A program made the translations under genes and the position numbers. DNA of 64,000 nucleotides from Podarcis pityusensis (lineage: Eukaryota). Each line of letters opens with the position of its first letter. Positions within the stretch are counted from its first letter, which is position 1. Location: NCBI GenBank assembly GCA_964106645.2, contig OZ067043.1; one strand, given 5' to 3'. Positions 37,638 to 50,960 of the stretch are shown here, piece after piece. The notes beneath the pieces are model-generated. The model saw only the letters and a program-made list of their open reading frames with translations, ran no database searches and was not told where the DNA came from.

Positions 37638-37949
37638 AAGATCTATGGCGTCTGCATCCACCCACGTTACGGAGGCTGGTTTGCTATCCGGGCTCTCCTG
37701 CTTTTTCCGGGTGTTGAGGTGCCTTCCTTGCTGCAGAAAACTCCTGTTGATTGTGTGACAACAGAGGAAAAGAGAATAGAACTTCTGGAGAAGTTCAATT
37801 TCCACTGGCGGGACTGGAGCTATCGGGACATTACTGAAGTGAAGGAGAAGTACTCGGAGGAGCAGAAAACGTACTTTGCAACTCCTCCAGCTGAACGGTT
37901 AAAATTGCTGACTCTGCAAGGAGGATTGCAAAGGAATGCAATACACTGA
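37638..37949 (+). CDS. MMACHC: MMACHC exon 4 coding part ([18 protein letters not shown]...GLQRNAIH*)
   Basis: Acceptor ttctttctccag|AAG (NAGNAG), stop TGA at 37947-37949. Confidence 0.96.
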   Translation, partial: KIYGVCIHPRYGGWFAIRALLLFPGVEVPSLLQKTPVDCVTTEEKRIELLEKFNFHWRDWSYRDITEVKEKYSEEQKTYFATPPAERLKLLTLQGGLQRNAIH

Positions 37950-38879
37950 GGTGCTGTTCTCCTGGCCCAAGGGGGACTCATAGCCTATTCTACTGTGTCC
38001 ACTTCCATGGAGGGAGAGATGGGTGGTTTACTTGGGGACCCAAGCTGTAGTCCTGGACACACTTGCTAGGAAGTAAGACCCATTGAACACAGTGGGGCTT
38101 TGTTACAAGTAAATATGTCTAGGGTTGCACTGTAATATTAGTTACACCAAAAGCCTGTTAATCCAGGTGTAGGAACACTAGTCGTCCGTCCCCCCATTAT
38201 TATTTTTTAGAGGAATGTAATTTTTAAAACATGCTGCTGTATTTAATTTGAGGGTATTTAAAAATGCTTTTTGTGTGAGAGAGACTCTGGTAGGTGGTGT
38301 AATTATTTTTCTTCGGTTATGAATTCAGGAGAGATATTTTTGTAAATGGCACTTTTGCTGTCCTGTGGGAGAGATGTCCCATGAAGCAGTTGTTTTTGAA
38401 GGATGGTGTTGTCTAGTCCTTATCATAGTCTAAAGTCATTTCAGGTTCTCAACATTGCTTCTGAGGCTTTGAAATCATTTTGTTCCAGTGGTTTCTTTTT
38501 TACTTTCCACTCCTGTTCAAAGGACTAGAGATGTTGTCTAACTTGTGTTGCGAAGGGGAGGTGATAGTAAAACTGAAGGAAGCAAAACTGTCTGGCTCTT
38601 TCTGTTACGAGTCTTTTGTGGCATTCATGCTATGTTGCAAGGCTTTGGGGGGAAAGTACATAGCCTTAAATTAGAATATTAGACTAGGAATGCAAGTGTC
38701 ACCCAGTCCATTCCTGCCAACACCTACAATATCTACTGTTGGCATAGGTGAAGTGCTAGGTATTTCTGTAAGGGTTATTGACAAGAACTTGCCTTGCTGT
38801 TCACATATTTTAAGAATTGGCACACGCTAATAATTCATAATGTGCCTGACATTTTCAATACCCTCAGCAAAGGTTAAAG

Positions 38880-39095
38880 ACTGTATCCAAAAACACATGC
38901 AGTGTTTTTCTCATGCAATGGAAAATCCCCTTCCTTTCCCAGCACACACCCCAGATTCTGTTCTGGAGGGTATCCCAACTCTCTGGAGCAGATTTTAAGG
39001 GTTTTTTAGGGGGTTGCACAGGAGAGGAGGGGGAAATTTCATTGTACAAGTGGAAGCCTGTTGACACAGCGAAACAACAACATGGATGCAACCCC
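38880..39095. mobile_element. Dispersed ~210-bp repeat (MITE-like); relatives at ~61505-61715 and ~63625-63815
   Basis: Shared core resembling AAATCTGCTGTGGAGGG...CAGATTT...GGGAAATTCCATTG in three places. Weak TIRs TGTATCCA ... TGGATGCA. Confidence 0.55.
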
Positions 39096-41147
39096 AAGAA
39101 AACAATCCAGTCTACCTGTAAGCTTACTATACAAAAGGTAGAATGGGATAAAGAGAGTACATTGAGGTATTCTGCATAGGTTACAAAAATGTTTCATGAC
39201 CTGGCGGAATGGCTGCTGAGACAGTTCTGGGAGAAGAGTCTGTAGTCCTGAGTTGAGCACAGGTTGGGGAATCTCCAGTTCAACATATGGCCCCAAGTCA
39301 TGCTGCCTGGTATTTTGAATTTTGGATGCTGAAATTGCCCGATGTGTGGTATAAAATCACTCATGCCCTACTCAGAATCTCCCACCTGCAAATGGAATCT
39401 CGCTCCTTATTCTGTGCTTGAGCAGCTGAGGAATAGGCTGGCTAGACTGTTTAGTGAAGGCCAACCACATTTCCCTCCTCCTCCTCCTCCTCCTCCTTCT
39501 TTCTCTCTCTTTGTCTCTCTCCCTCCCTCACACACAGCAGGTCATGTTACATTGGGAACTTATGCATGGCATGCAAGGCTCACAAAAAAATTAACATGGG
39601 AACAATCTGAAGTTGTATTCTGTTGGTGAGTTTGGGCTCATCGTGTCTGTGTGTGTCAGCTGTTTGCCTCCATGGGGCTCAAATCCGTCTGCATTAAGCA
39701 GCAAATTGGGTGTTTAATCCCTACTTGCTGGCACCATAAGCAGTTGGGATTGGAAGGCCACAACTGAAAGATTTGTGTCTGCAGTCTGCCAGGCTATGGC
39801 TAATTTCTAAATCCCTCACAGCCTCCTCTCCACATGTCTTCCCTTTGCCATTCAGCGGCTAAGGCTGAGTGGCTGTTGTGGAGTCTAGAGAGCACCGTTG
39901 TGCACAGTACTACCTCTGTATGCAGCTTGCACAGTCAAGCATTTGATGAGCAAGAGAGATTCTGTAGGGAGCACACCAGCTTCCACATCCCAATGATGGA
40001 AGGTAGCTGCCATCCAAAGAATTAGTGCTCTTATTTGAATCAGTTTCTGATGTACAGCATGGGGCCATGTCCTGATTTTACTCTAGAAGTGGATAGGTTG
40101 TAACTACACTTGGCCAGTATTTAATTTAAACTTGGGCCTTGGGCAAAACTGTGGACTATTGCTACCCAACTTTGTTAAATGTTTTGTAAAGTGAAATTAT
40201 ACTAGGTTATGTGCATATTATCTGAACATCCTAGGGCAACCTTCCCCATCTTGACCCCACCCCCTGGCTGATGTTTTTGGACTTCAACTCCCATCAGTCC
40301 CAGCTAGCACAGCCAATGGTTAGGGATGATGGGAGCTGTAGTTCAATACCTGGAGGGCACCAGTTTGGCGAAGACTAGCTGGCTTTCAAAGGAGCTTTCC
40401 TGTCCACCTTTTCTCTGCTCTACACTGAAATTTGCCAAGCCCAGTAAGGCTAACAAATAACCTCCCCACACTTGTCAGCAAAGGCCACCTGTACTGCAAC
40501 GTGGGGAAACTATGATAAAATATTTTATATGTTTGTAATTATTATTACTCCAGGTTATAACTAGAAAATGGAGCATTGAACAGGCTCAGAATCAGAAGAA
40601 TAAAATGTAATTGGAAAACCGCTCTATTTAAAAAACACAAAAATGCCATTAAGAAGACAATAATAATCAGCTGAGTAGTATTAAATGTCCTGTTCCAAGA
40701 ATGGATAACATAAATTATGTCCCTGTCTTTCTTTTTCCCTTCCCCCATCCCACAACAGCTGTGGGGTACCCAGCATTAAGCTGGAGAATTGCCAAGTCAG
40801 ATTGCTTTGGAAATATCTCCCTAGTGGCAGCAGCTGAGCTCAAGAAAATGGGCAAGTGGAAATGAACAGAGCAGTAAAACCATAGGCCTGAATTCCCCCA
40901 TATTAAATGCTTTCCCCCACCCTCAGGGCTGGACTCTGTTTGAGGCAAGATGAGCCTCAAAACTCTGGTGGTGAACCCAGAAGGGAGGGCAGCAGAATGA
41001 GCACATGCCCCCACCATCCAGCCCACCACTGTAGCCACTACTGCTGGGTGGCCACCATTGGTGCCAGTAGCATTGGTGCCTACTATCTATGTCACTCCCA
41101 GCACACATCCTGCTGCTGTTGTCCCCCTGCAACCATAGGCCAGTCCC

Positions 41148-41348
41148 GAGAAAGGAGATGTCAACTGAACATCAGGATGAACTTTTTGACAGTAAGAACT
41201 GTTCAGCAGTGGAATGGACTCCCTTGGAAGGTGGTGGACTCTCCTTCGCTTAAGCAGAGGCGGGATGGCCATCTGTCATGGATGCTATGGTTGAGATTCC
41301 TGCATTGCAGGAGGTTGGACTAGCTGACCCTTGTGGTCCCTTCTATGA
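41148..41348 (+). mobile_element. CR1 LINE 3' end
   Basis: End of ORF 40907..41323 gives ERRCQLNIRMNFLTVRTVQQWNGLPWKVVDSPSL (CR1 ORF2 C-terminus), then GGTTGGACTAG...TTCTATGA. Confidence 0.85.
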
Positions 41349-44300
41349 CCCCCCCAAAGAGAGACACTGAGAGAACTGGCTACGTATGCTCTCTGCTGTT
41401 GATGAGCAGGAGGGTCCCATAAGTTCCTGCCACTGTTATGGGGAAAAAACTAAGCAGTTTTTGCTACCACAGCAAAGCAGCCACAGGTCCTTGCTCCACC
41501 TCCATCTCTCCACACATACGGCAGCTTTCTTCCTCAAAGCATGGCACTGTGGGTTGAGAAGGCTACAGAGATGAGATCTGCAAGTCCACCTGTTGTCACT
41601 TTGCTGCTGTGGCAAAAGCTCTTTAAGCAGGAAACTATTACACTTTAAGCAGTGCTTGCCATGGCAAATCAGAAGCACGGACAACATTCGTACAGTGTGC
41701 CTTTCCAGGGCCCACTTGCCCCGCAATGCCTCACTCTGAATAAGGACCCTGAATAAGGATCATTCCTGAGAGAAAAGCATTGTGCAGTAAGTGATAGCAG
41801 CCACACAGGATGGTGGAGGAGGGGAAAGGCCATGTTGATCATTTACCACCATGCTGTACACTGAAACTAGCTTGAAATGATGAAGGAACAATTCTGGAAA
41901 GCTAATTTGAAGTGTCCTGTTTACTCATAGTTTTTGCTTGATTTATTCATGCTCTTTCAGTCTGGCAAAAATGTTTCCCATGTTATTTTAGTATTTCTAA
42001 TTAACTGGAGTGAACATGAATGATTAGGGGATGTGTGGTTGGGGCTTCTTTTTGCTGAACTCAGCATTGCTTTCAGCCAAGGCCAGCTGGGCCAGAAGCC
42101 TGCTCTCTGGGGTCAATGAGTAACATTTTGGATCTCAACCCCCTTATTAGCATTTCCTCCAGAGGAGAGGAAAAGGCAGTAATTCTTTCTGCAGTAACCC
42201 AGGCTTCACATGCCAATATCTTGATATTTGTCAGGGCATAAAATTGTTGGCATTCAGAGCAAATGTATTTGTAACAGAAATATGAAGTAATGTGTTGGAT
42301 GAGCCTCCTTCTGCGTTGGATGGTTGGTCTTTTGCTTTCCATGTGGGTACCAGGTTTGAAAGGAAGTCTAGTCATTTACAGTTCGGACTGAAGCTGTTCT
42401 GGCTGAAGATTCAAAGACAGAACAATTACTTATAGTTCTTTGTAAGACACCTTCATGGAAGATTGAAAACTAAAAAGAAAGCAGAAACCTGGGGGTCAAG
42501 TGGCAGCGCGTTTGTGCATAATTTGCCAGCTTTTCAGTTAATACAAATATAGAGACGTCTCAGCCAACTATGGTTGGTGTAAAGCTTACACTGTAAACCA
42601 TGGTTTCCCATTAGATCTGAATCCAAAATGTGGACCTCATAGCCTCTTCACAATGTGACCCTGGCTTCTCACACAAAGGCCTGCCTGTCCAGTTATGTGC
42701 TGCTGTCAAACTGTACAAAGTTAGGAGCTTTATATCTATCTACCCATCAGGCTGCCACTCACAAAGGTTAGATAATATACGGGAGGCGATTATTATGTAC
42801 AAACCTTTTGAATTTTGTTTAAGGTATAAATATTGCCTATACGCAACATGGTTACATTTTGGGTTTTAAAGGGAAGTTCAATAAACTTGGTTATTTTGCC
42901 ATCTCAGATTCAGTAGTGTGGAGCACCACTTATTTCACTGCAAGAAAAGGATGTCCTCTCCTTAGGCACTATTTGCCAGCCCTTTGCATCTACTATATAT
43001 TTTGGAAAGTGATTTGTCCATCTATCTGTCCCTCTGTTCTTCACAGGTTCAGCTGCCTCATGAGATACCATTGCCATACTCGGCATGAGGGTTCCTGAGC
43101 TGCGGGTGGAGAGGGGGACAGTTGTTGTTGGAGTTCGGATTCTGGTTGCCATTTTGAATCAAGCTGGAGAACCCAAATGTTACTTGGGAATGACTTTGCC
43201 CAATTTTTGTGTGTAGGTTCAGCTACCTCTCAAGATCTCACCACCAAACTCAGCATGAAGGGTGGCAGACTTTGTCACTGTTTGGATGCCGAGTGCCATC
43301 TTGATTCAAATCAAATTTGGCATGACTTTTTTGGCATAGTTTTGGCTGCCTCCAGATATCGCTGCCAAACTTGGCATGAGGTTTCCTGAAGTGGGGACAG
43401 CAGTCTTCATTGACATTCAGATGCCAGACACCATTTTGATTCAGACCAAACCCTAGAAGGGTGTGTGTTTGGTGCCATTGGTCTCCACCATGCAAGCAAA
43501 TCTTGCTTGCTGAGATTTGGTTAATAAGACATTTTGCAATTGGAAAAGCTTCTCTGTATACTTGGGTCGCTCCTTGTCAGTCAGCTTTTCTCTTCAGTCA
43601 AGGACACTATGCATATATATACTGAAGCTCCTGTTCTCTACAGGGACGGAGAAAAGCTGAGAATGTTCATTATACTTTACAATCCTTGCTTAAACTGCCT
43701 GCTTTCTGAACAAAAAGAAAGTCTTGTCTCTTTTAAAATAATAATTAAGTACTGAATATAACATGTGCAAAAAGGAGCAGGGAATCAGAGTGGGGGGACA
43801 GAACCCAACTCAGTTTTTACCTGCAGCATCTCATGGTGTTCAGCGTCAAATGGCTGAAAAATCTACTAGCCTAGATAGTTTGATCCTTTGCAATAGACAT
43901 CTATCTCCACAGCTACTGCAGCTTTCAGGAGCTGAATGAAAGACTTGAGTACAGTATTTTCCACGTTCCTCTTGAAACGGACTTTTAACATTGCTTTCCT
44001 CGTTTCTACCACAAGAGGGACCTGGAATATAAAACAGCATTAATTAAAATCAAGCCTATTTCATTTCACTGCAGGAAAGAAAACAAAGCCTCCACCTGGA
44101 ACACCCGAGAGGCCATGGGTTGGTTAGCCTTTTGTCCTTTCCAACCTGACATCAGCCAGTCATGGAGAACAGAAAATGCGGAAGTGTTCAGAGTGGATCA
44201 GAGGGTGGGGGGGGTATTAAATTCAAGGCAAAAGAGTTCACTTGGGCACTCTTAAAAGGACTGATTTGTAAAATTAGTATAGTTGTGCACCAAGTTTGGA

Positions 44301-47300
44301 ATTGATTGCTGTTATTTTACTATCAAATGAATAAAATATTCTTTTAAAAAAGGATATGAACCCGGGTGTCACCTGTGAATGTTTTCCATGTTTCCAACAT
44401 GGGAAGCATCCTCTTTCTATTTTATTACATGGAACTAGGAGCTTAAGTTTAATTAATTCCTTATGTAAACCTTTGGGCAAGGTTCTAGACATTCTAGATG
44501 CCCAGATATAGAGAGGCTTGTTAGGTCAACATCTACAGAGGTAGTAAGCGCCCTTTATTCTTTCCTGCCACATGGGTTCTGCTTATGAGCAGCTCCCGTA
44601 CAGCTGGGAAAACATTTAAATAGTGCAATCGCAAGGGTGAAAGACGATTGGAAATGACCAACAACTGGGAGGTTAGATAATTTAAATGTTCTCCCAGCTG
44701 CATGTTGTGGATAAACAATTTCCATGTGGCGGGAAGAATGTCTAAAAGAATGCAATAACTTGGTGCTTTTAACCTTGATCGAAATACGTATGATACCTGT
44801 TTCAAATGAACAGACAATAATAGATGTTTCTTGGATAGAAAGAGTGACCTGAATAAAATAATTTTGGGCGCTCTGTTCTCAAACCTCATGTTTCCTTCAG
44901 TGATGCAATGAGCAAGGGGGGAGGTGGAATGTGTGTGAGAGAAAGAGAGACTTCAGACCGGGAAACTAGCCAGGTGGAATAGGGCTGAATCCTCGCTATG
45001 CCACAGCCCTGATGAGATCAAATCATGGATTTCACACATCTTTTCAAGTTTGACGTTTATAACCAGAGGCTAACCAGGACTTTAGATGTTTGGATGGTTG
45101 CAATTAGCAAACTCTCATTAAATGTTTTGTGCAGGTGGACCAGAGAAGTTAACTTTTCAGAGTGTGAACGTAGATTTCTATGGTCATGAGGGAAATGCCT
45201 ACAAATGTGAGGGGTAGAGTCTACGAAAGGCACAGGATTTGCTCTGTTCAATTTGTAAGTGTGAAATTAAATCAGTATCTGTAAATATTCCTAATTTTAA
45301 TAATTTATTTTAGTAACCCAAGTGAAGTATTTGTGCCAAAATGGCACTAGCATGACTGCTTATCCCTTTATAAAATTGTTCATGTACAATGAGGGCATAA
45401 ATAATTGTAATACTAATTAAACTATTAATATAAAATGTAGCAGCCACATTATCCATATGGAGAAAGTGCTTGTTTGCCTAAGGGTCTGCCTTACTTCATA
45501 TTCTATTCCGTGATCTTATGTCAGCTTCCTCTTTTTCCTAAACCCAAATCTACACTCAATTATTTGCCCTAGCTGTCCTAGTAAGCTCCCATGTTCACAC
45601 TTCGGAGTAAGCCCCATTGAATTACGGTAAATGCGAGTTGTTTCTGAAGAAACATGCATAGGATTGCACTGTTTGGTTCTGGGTGTTGCTACACTGTGGT
45701 ACTGAGTAAGAATTCTGTAAGCACTGTTACTTGGTCATTAGCTTTATGGCTCACAATCATGAAGCATTTAGTGATCTGTAAAAACATGGGACACCATCCA
45801 ACCCAAAGGTAAGCAGCTTTAAAGCCCATTGATTTGAAAGGGAGAGTTAAGTTTTCTCATTAATATCAATGGGGTTTTAAAAACTACTTAACAGAAGCAT
45901 TCTCATAATTAGAGCGAGCACCAGCATCTGGCATCCTAGGTGCAGTTTTCAGGGCCCACCGCAGCTAATGCTGTCCACCAGCCCCACACAAATACATGAC
46001 TGATTTAGGGGAGCCACAATTTTAAATTTCTTAAAATGTCACAGAGTGATGCTACATAGAATGCTCCAAGGCACCATGGGAAATTCAAAATGGTGGCTTC
46101 CCAGCTACTTTCTGCTGCCTCCAGAAATACCACCAACTGAGATGCCCTCCATTGTAAGAAGCTCACCAGATAGCACTTTGTCAAGGTCCTGTTCAACCCT
46201 GGAGGCAGCCCTCCACATCATCAGTTATTCAAATAGTCACAGTTATTGGCTGGCAGCAGCCACAGTGGTCACTAAATAAAGATATTGTAGGTGAGAACTA
46301 TAACAGGCACCTTATTTTTATATGTGTTTCATGTCTTTACTAGTATCAGAACAGCATATAACAGGGATATGTATTCTGAGAACTCTTTTGTCTGCTGTCA
46401 GTTAATAACCAGATTACCTATTGCATTTGTACACCTTTTCATCTTATATTGAACAGCCAGGTACATCTGGTAGTGTTTAATTGATTGATTAATTAAAAGC
46501 ATTTAATAATATCCCACAACAAATGTAACATCTGTAGAAAGGACTTTACAACCTGAAAAAAGAGACAATGCATGTATTTTTGTAAACCAAGAAAATCTTT
46601 AATAAAAATTATTTTTATAAATTAAAAGCATAAAAAACAGACACACACACACACACACATTTTTAAAATCTGAACTGGCTCTCAGAGAAGACAATACTGT
46701 GAAAGCAGGATAGTTCGGAGGAACAAAATTTTGTATCAGGACCTCAAGTGCTTTATTTCTGCTAAGTTCTCATTATTTAACCAGCGTTCCTAACTGTGAC
46801 AGATGTCCCATATTTGCGTTGGAGCTGTTTCCGCTCCTTTTGCAAAATCCCACCTGCTCCTTCCTCACCTGCTCCGTTTTCAACACTTGAGCTTGAGAAG
46901 GCATGCCAAATGTGAGACAGCTTTTGTAAGGTCTGGTCAATATCACTTGCTCTGATGTAACAAAACTAAACCCTGGAACTTGTTAAATTTCCATACACGT
47001 TGGGTTAACTTTCTGAGCAGGACAAGGATTCTTTATGGGTTTTAATGAGGAAGAGCAATCAGAGAATAATTTTAATATTGACTTTTGACTGTTTTAGCGT
47101 GCAAGTCCACTGGCTGAAGGAGTGCAGGATTTGGTGGAAGCCTCATTATGCTGGCGGAAGTCAAGATACAGATGAATACAGGAAGTTGTCTTCCACCAAG
47201 TCAGATACCATTGGGCCATCTAACCTAGTATTGTCTTCACTGTGTGGCAGCAACTTTCTCAGCCCTACCTGCAGAAGTTGGGTATTGAAACTGGGAAACT

Positions 47301-47743
47301 ATACAAAACAGATGCTTTACTTCTGAGCTACAGACTTACCCTATATGCTGCTGGCGTGACAAATTCACCAGTGGAACACCTGTGATACACAAGTGGTTGT
47401 GTTCTAGTTGCAAAGGCATGTCCACTGATCCAATTAAAAGACAGAACCTGATCTGATGCCATGTCTCAATGCATGGAGCCAACATGGAAAAACTGGAGAC
47501 ACTAATGAACTATAAAGGATAAAGCAAACCAGTTGCTCTAGGGGTGTTAAACCTCTCCTCAGCAGCTGCTACTTGGGTCACAGTGCTTCCTTTCTTTTTA
47601 AAAGAGCTCATCTGCAAAAAGCGGAGAATGCAACTTTTATATATGCAGAAGTCTAGCTGAAACTGTATATGTAGCAGGAAGTCAGCTACTGTGGTACAGG
47701 ATAAAAACATGGCCAGCTGATCTAGGATTGCAACTCAAAATTA

Positions 47744-47860
47744 AGGGTTGCATTCAACTATGTTTTACTCCGAGTAGACCTGTTTCAATTATTGGCAATG
47801 CTTAACTTAGGTGCACTAATTTCAATGGGTCTACTCGGAGTAAAAGTTAGTTGCCTACAG
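47744..47860. repeat. Short palindromic element
   Basis: Arms TTTTACTCCGAGTAGACC and GGTCTACTCGGAGTAAAA are exact reverse complements. Confidence 0.7.
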
Positions 47861-49349
47861 TTCTAAACTTGAAACATTGACTTGCTAAAGTTTTTGCCAA
47901 TGTTTGTGCTCACAGCCACCTCAGCAAAGGCAGATCTAGTAACCCAACAACTGTGATACGGTGCTTTGTGGCATGATCTCTTATGTATATCATCATTGAT
48001 CCAATATTAGAACTTGTGAGGTATCAGGCACTGCAATGTTGCTTCTCCTTTTTGCCTGCTGATGCATAGAAGTTACTCTCACATACATTTACAATGCAAT
48101 GCAATGTGGTGTCTCTCTTGATAATTTGTGAATACAGGGGCTTCTCTGTATCTCATAAATATTTCTGTTGAATTCACATTGAATGTCATAGTAAATAGCA
48201 TTTAAAATCTATATTGCCCTCTGCGGTTAATTTTAGTTATCAAAATTAGGTAGATAACCGTTTACTTTTGGAAACATTGGCACCCATGTTACAGAGCTAC
48301 AAAATCCAGGTTTTCACGTGTTCCACAAAGTAGAACTCTCCCTCTCTATATTCATGTGATGTTGGTCTCTGTGCCTGCCTGTTTATTGTCTGAGGTTATG
48401 GATAACATCTGTATGTGTGTGTATGTGCTTTGATGAAAAGAAAACTACTGAGATTGCACAGCATGTGGCAGGAGTTCCTTTCAGCCACTAACTGAACCAG
48501 TCACTCCTAACACAGATTTTGAAGTGAGAAGGAGTGATGCAAGGACTTGCCTAGGATTCTATGGAGTGAGTGGTATAGGTCTAAGGATGTTAGAATGTCT
48601 TTGTACACATTACTTTGCTTACAGAAGGATACTCTGACTTAGGCATGTTGTGCCTGGAAGGTCAATTGTGCTATGCAACCAGATTCTAAACAGAATTAGG
48701 AATGCCTAAACCAGTTTGTTGTGGTAGTCTCAGGCTTGTCTATCTCTGCATAAGAGCCAGCTGCAAGCACTAATGCATGCATACTCAAAATAGTGCTCAG
48801 ATGATAGCATGGCTACATACTGTTCTATATAGTAAGATAAAAGCAATGCACTTTCCCTTGTGTTCATCTTTGTGCAAATGAAGGTTGTTGTGTTTTCCCC
48901 CAAAAGTACAACTAGTTTCTTACAGAATCCAGAGGTGCCAGGGGCCTTTCTCGTGCAATGCGAGGTGTCTGCAATGGGAGCTTGATGGATCCAGAGGTAG
49001 CATCATAGAAGATCTATGGAACTGGGTTTAGTCTGTGGGGTACCATACAGCAGATGTTACAGCCAATTGTTTTATATTAGCTTATACTGAATGGCCCAGT
49101 TGCTGCCTTGTAAGATAGGAGGAGTACAGATTTCTACCCTCTCAGGTGCCAGTCTCTAGGTTTTTCTGAATTAAGTGTTGGCTCGGCTGTACATTTATAT
49201 TTTTTTCTAGGGCTTTGTGAGAAGCTGCGAGGCTCATTCCACGGGGCACTCAAGGCATGCCAGTGGCAGTGGGTGACGTTGCAGACTGCAGGTCAAGAGG
49301 AGCAATGAATGCTTTTGAGGGTTTGCCTTTCTAAAAGGAGAGATCCTTG

Positions 49350-50960
<1,611 letters not shown>

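Larger units (their letters stand above)
28925..37949 (+). other. MMACHC: Gene span: MMACHC, cyanocobalamin reductase / alkylcobalamin dealkylase (CblC), 246-247 aa
   Basis: join(28928..29008,33057..33251,35054..35206,37638..37949). Exon sizes 81/195/153 equal the human coding exons as recalled. Motifs [57 protein letters not shown]. Confidence 0.97.
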
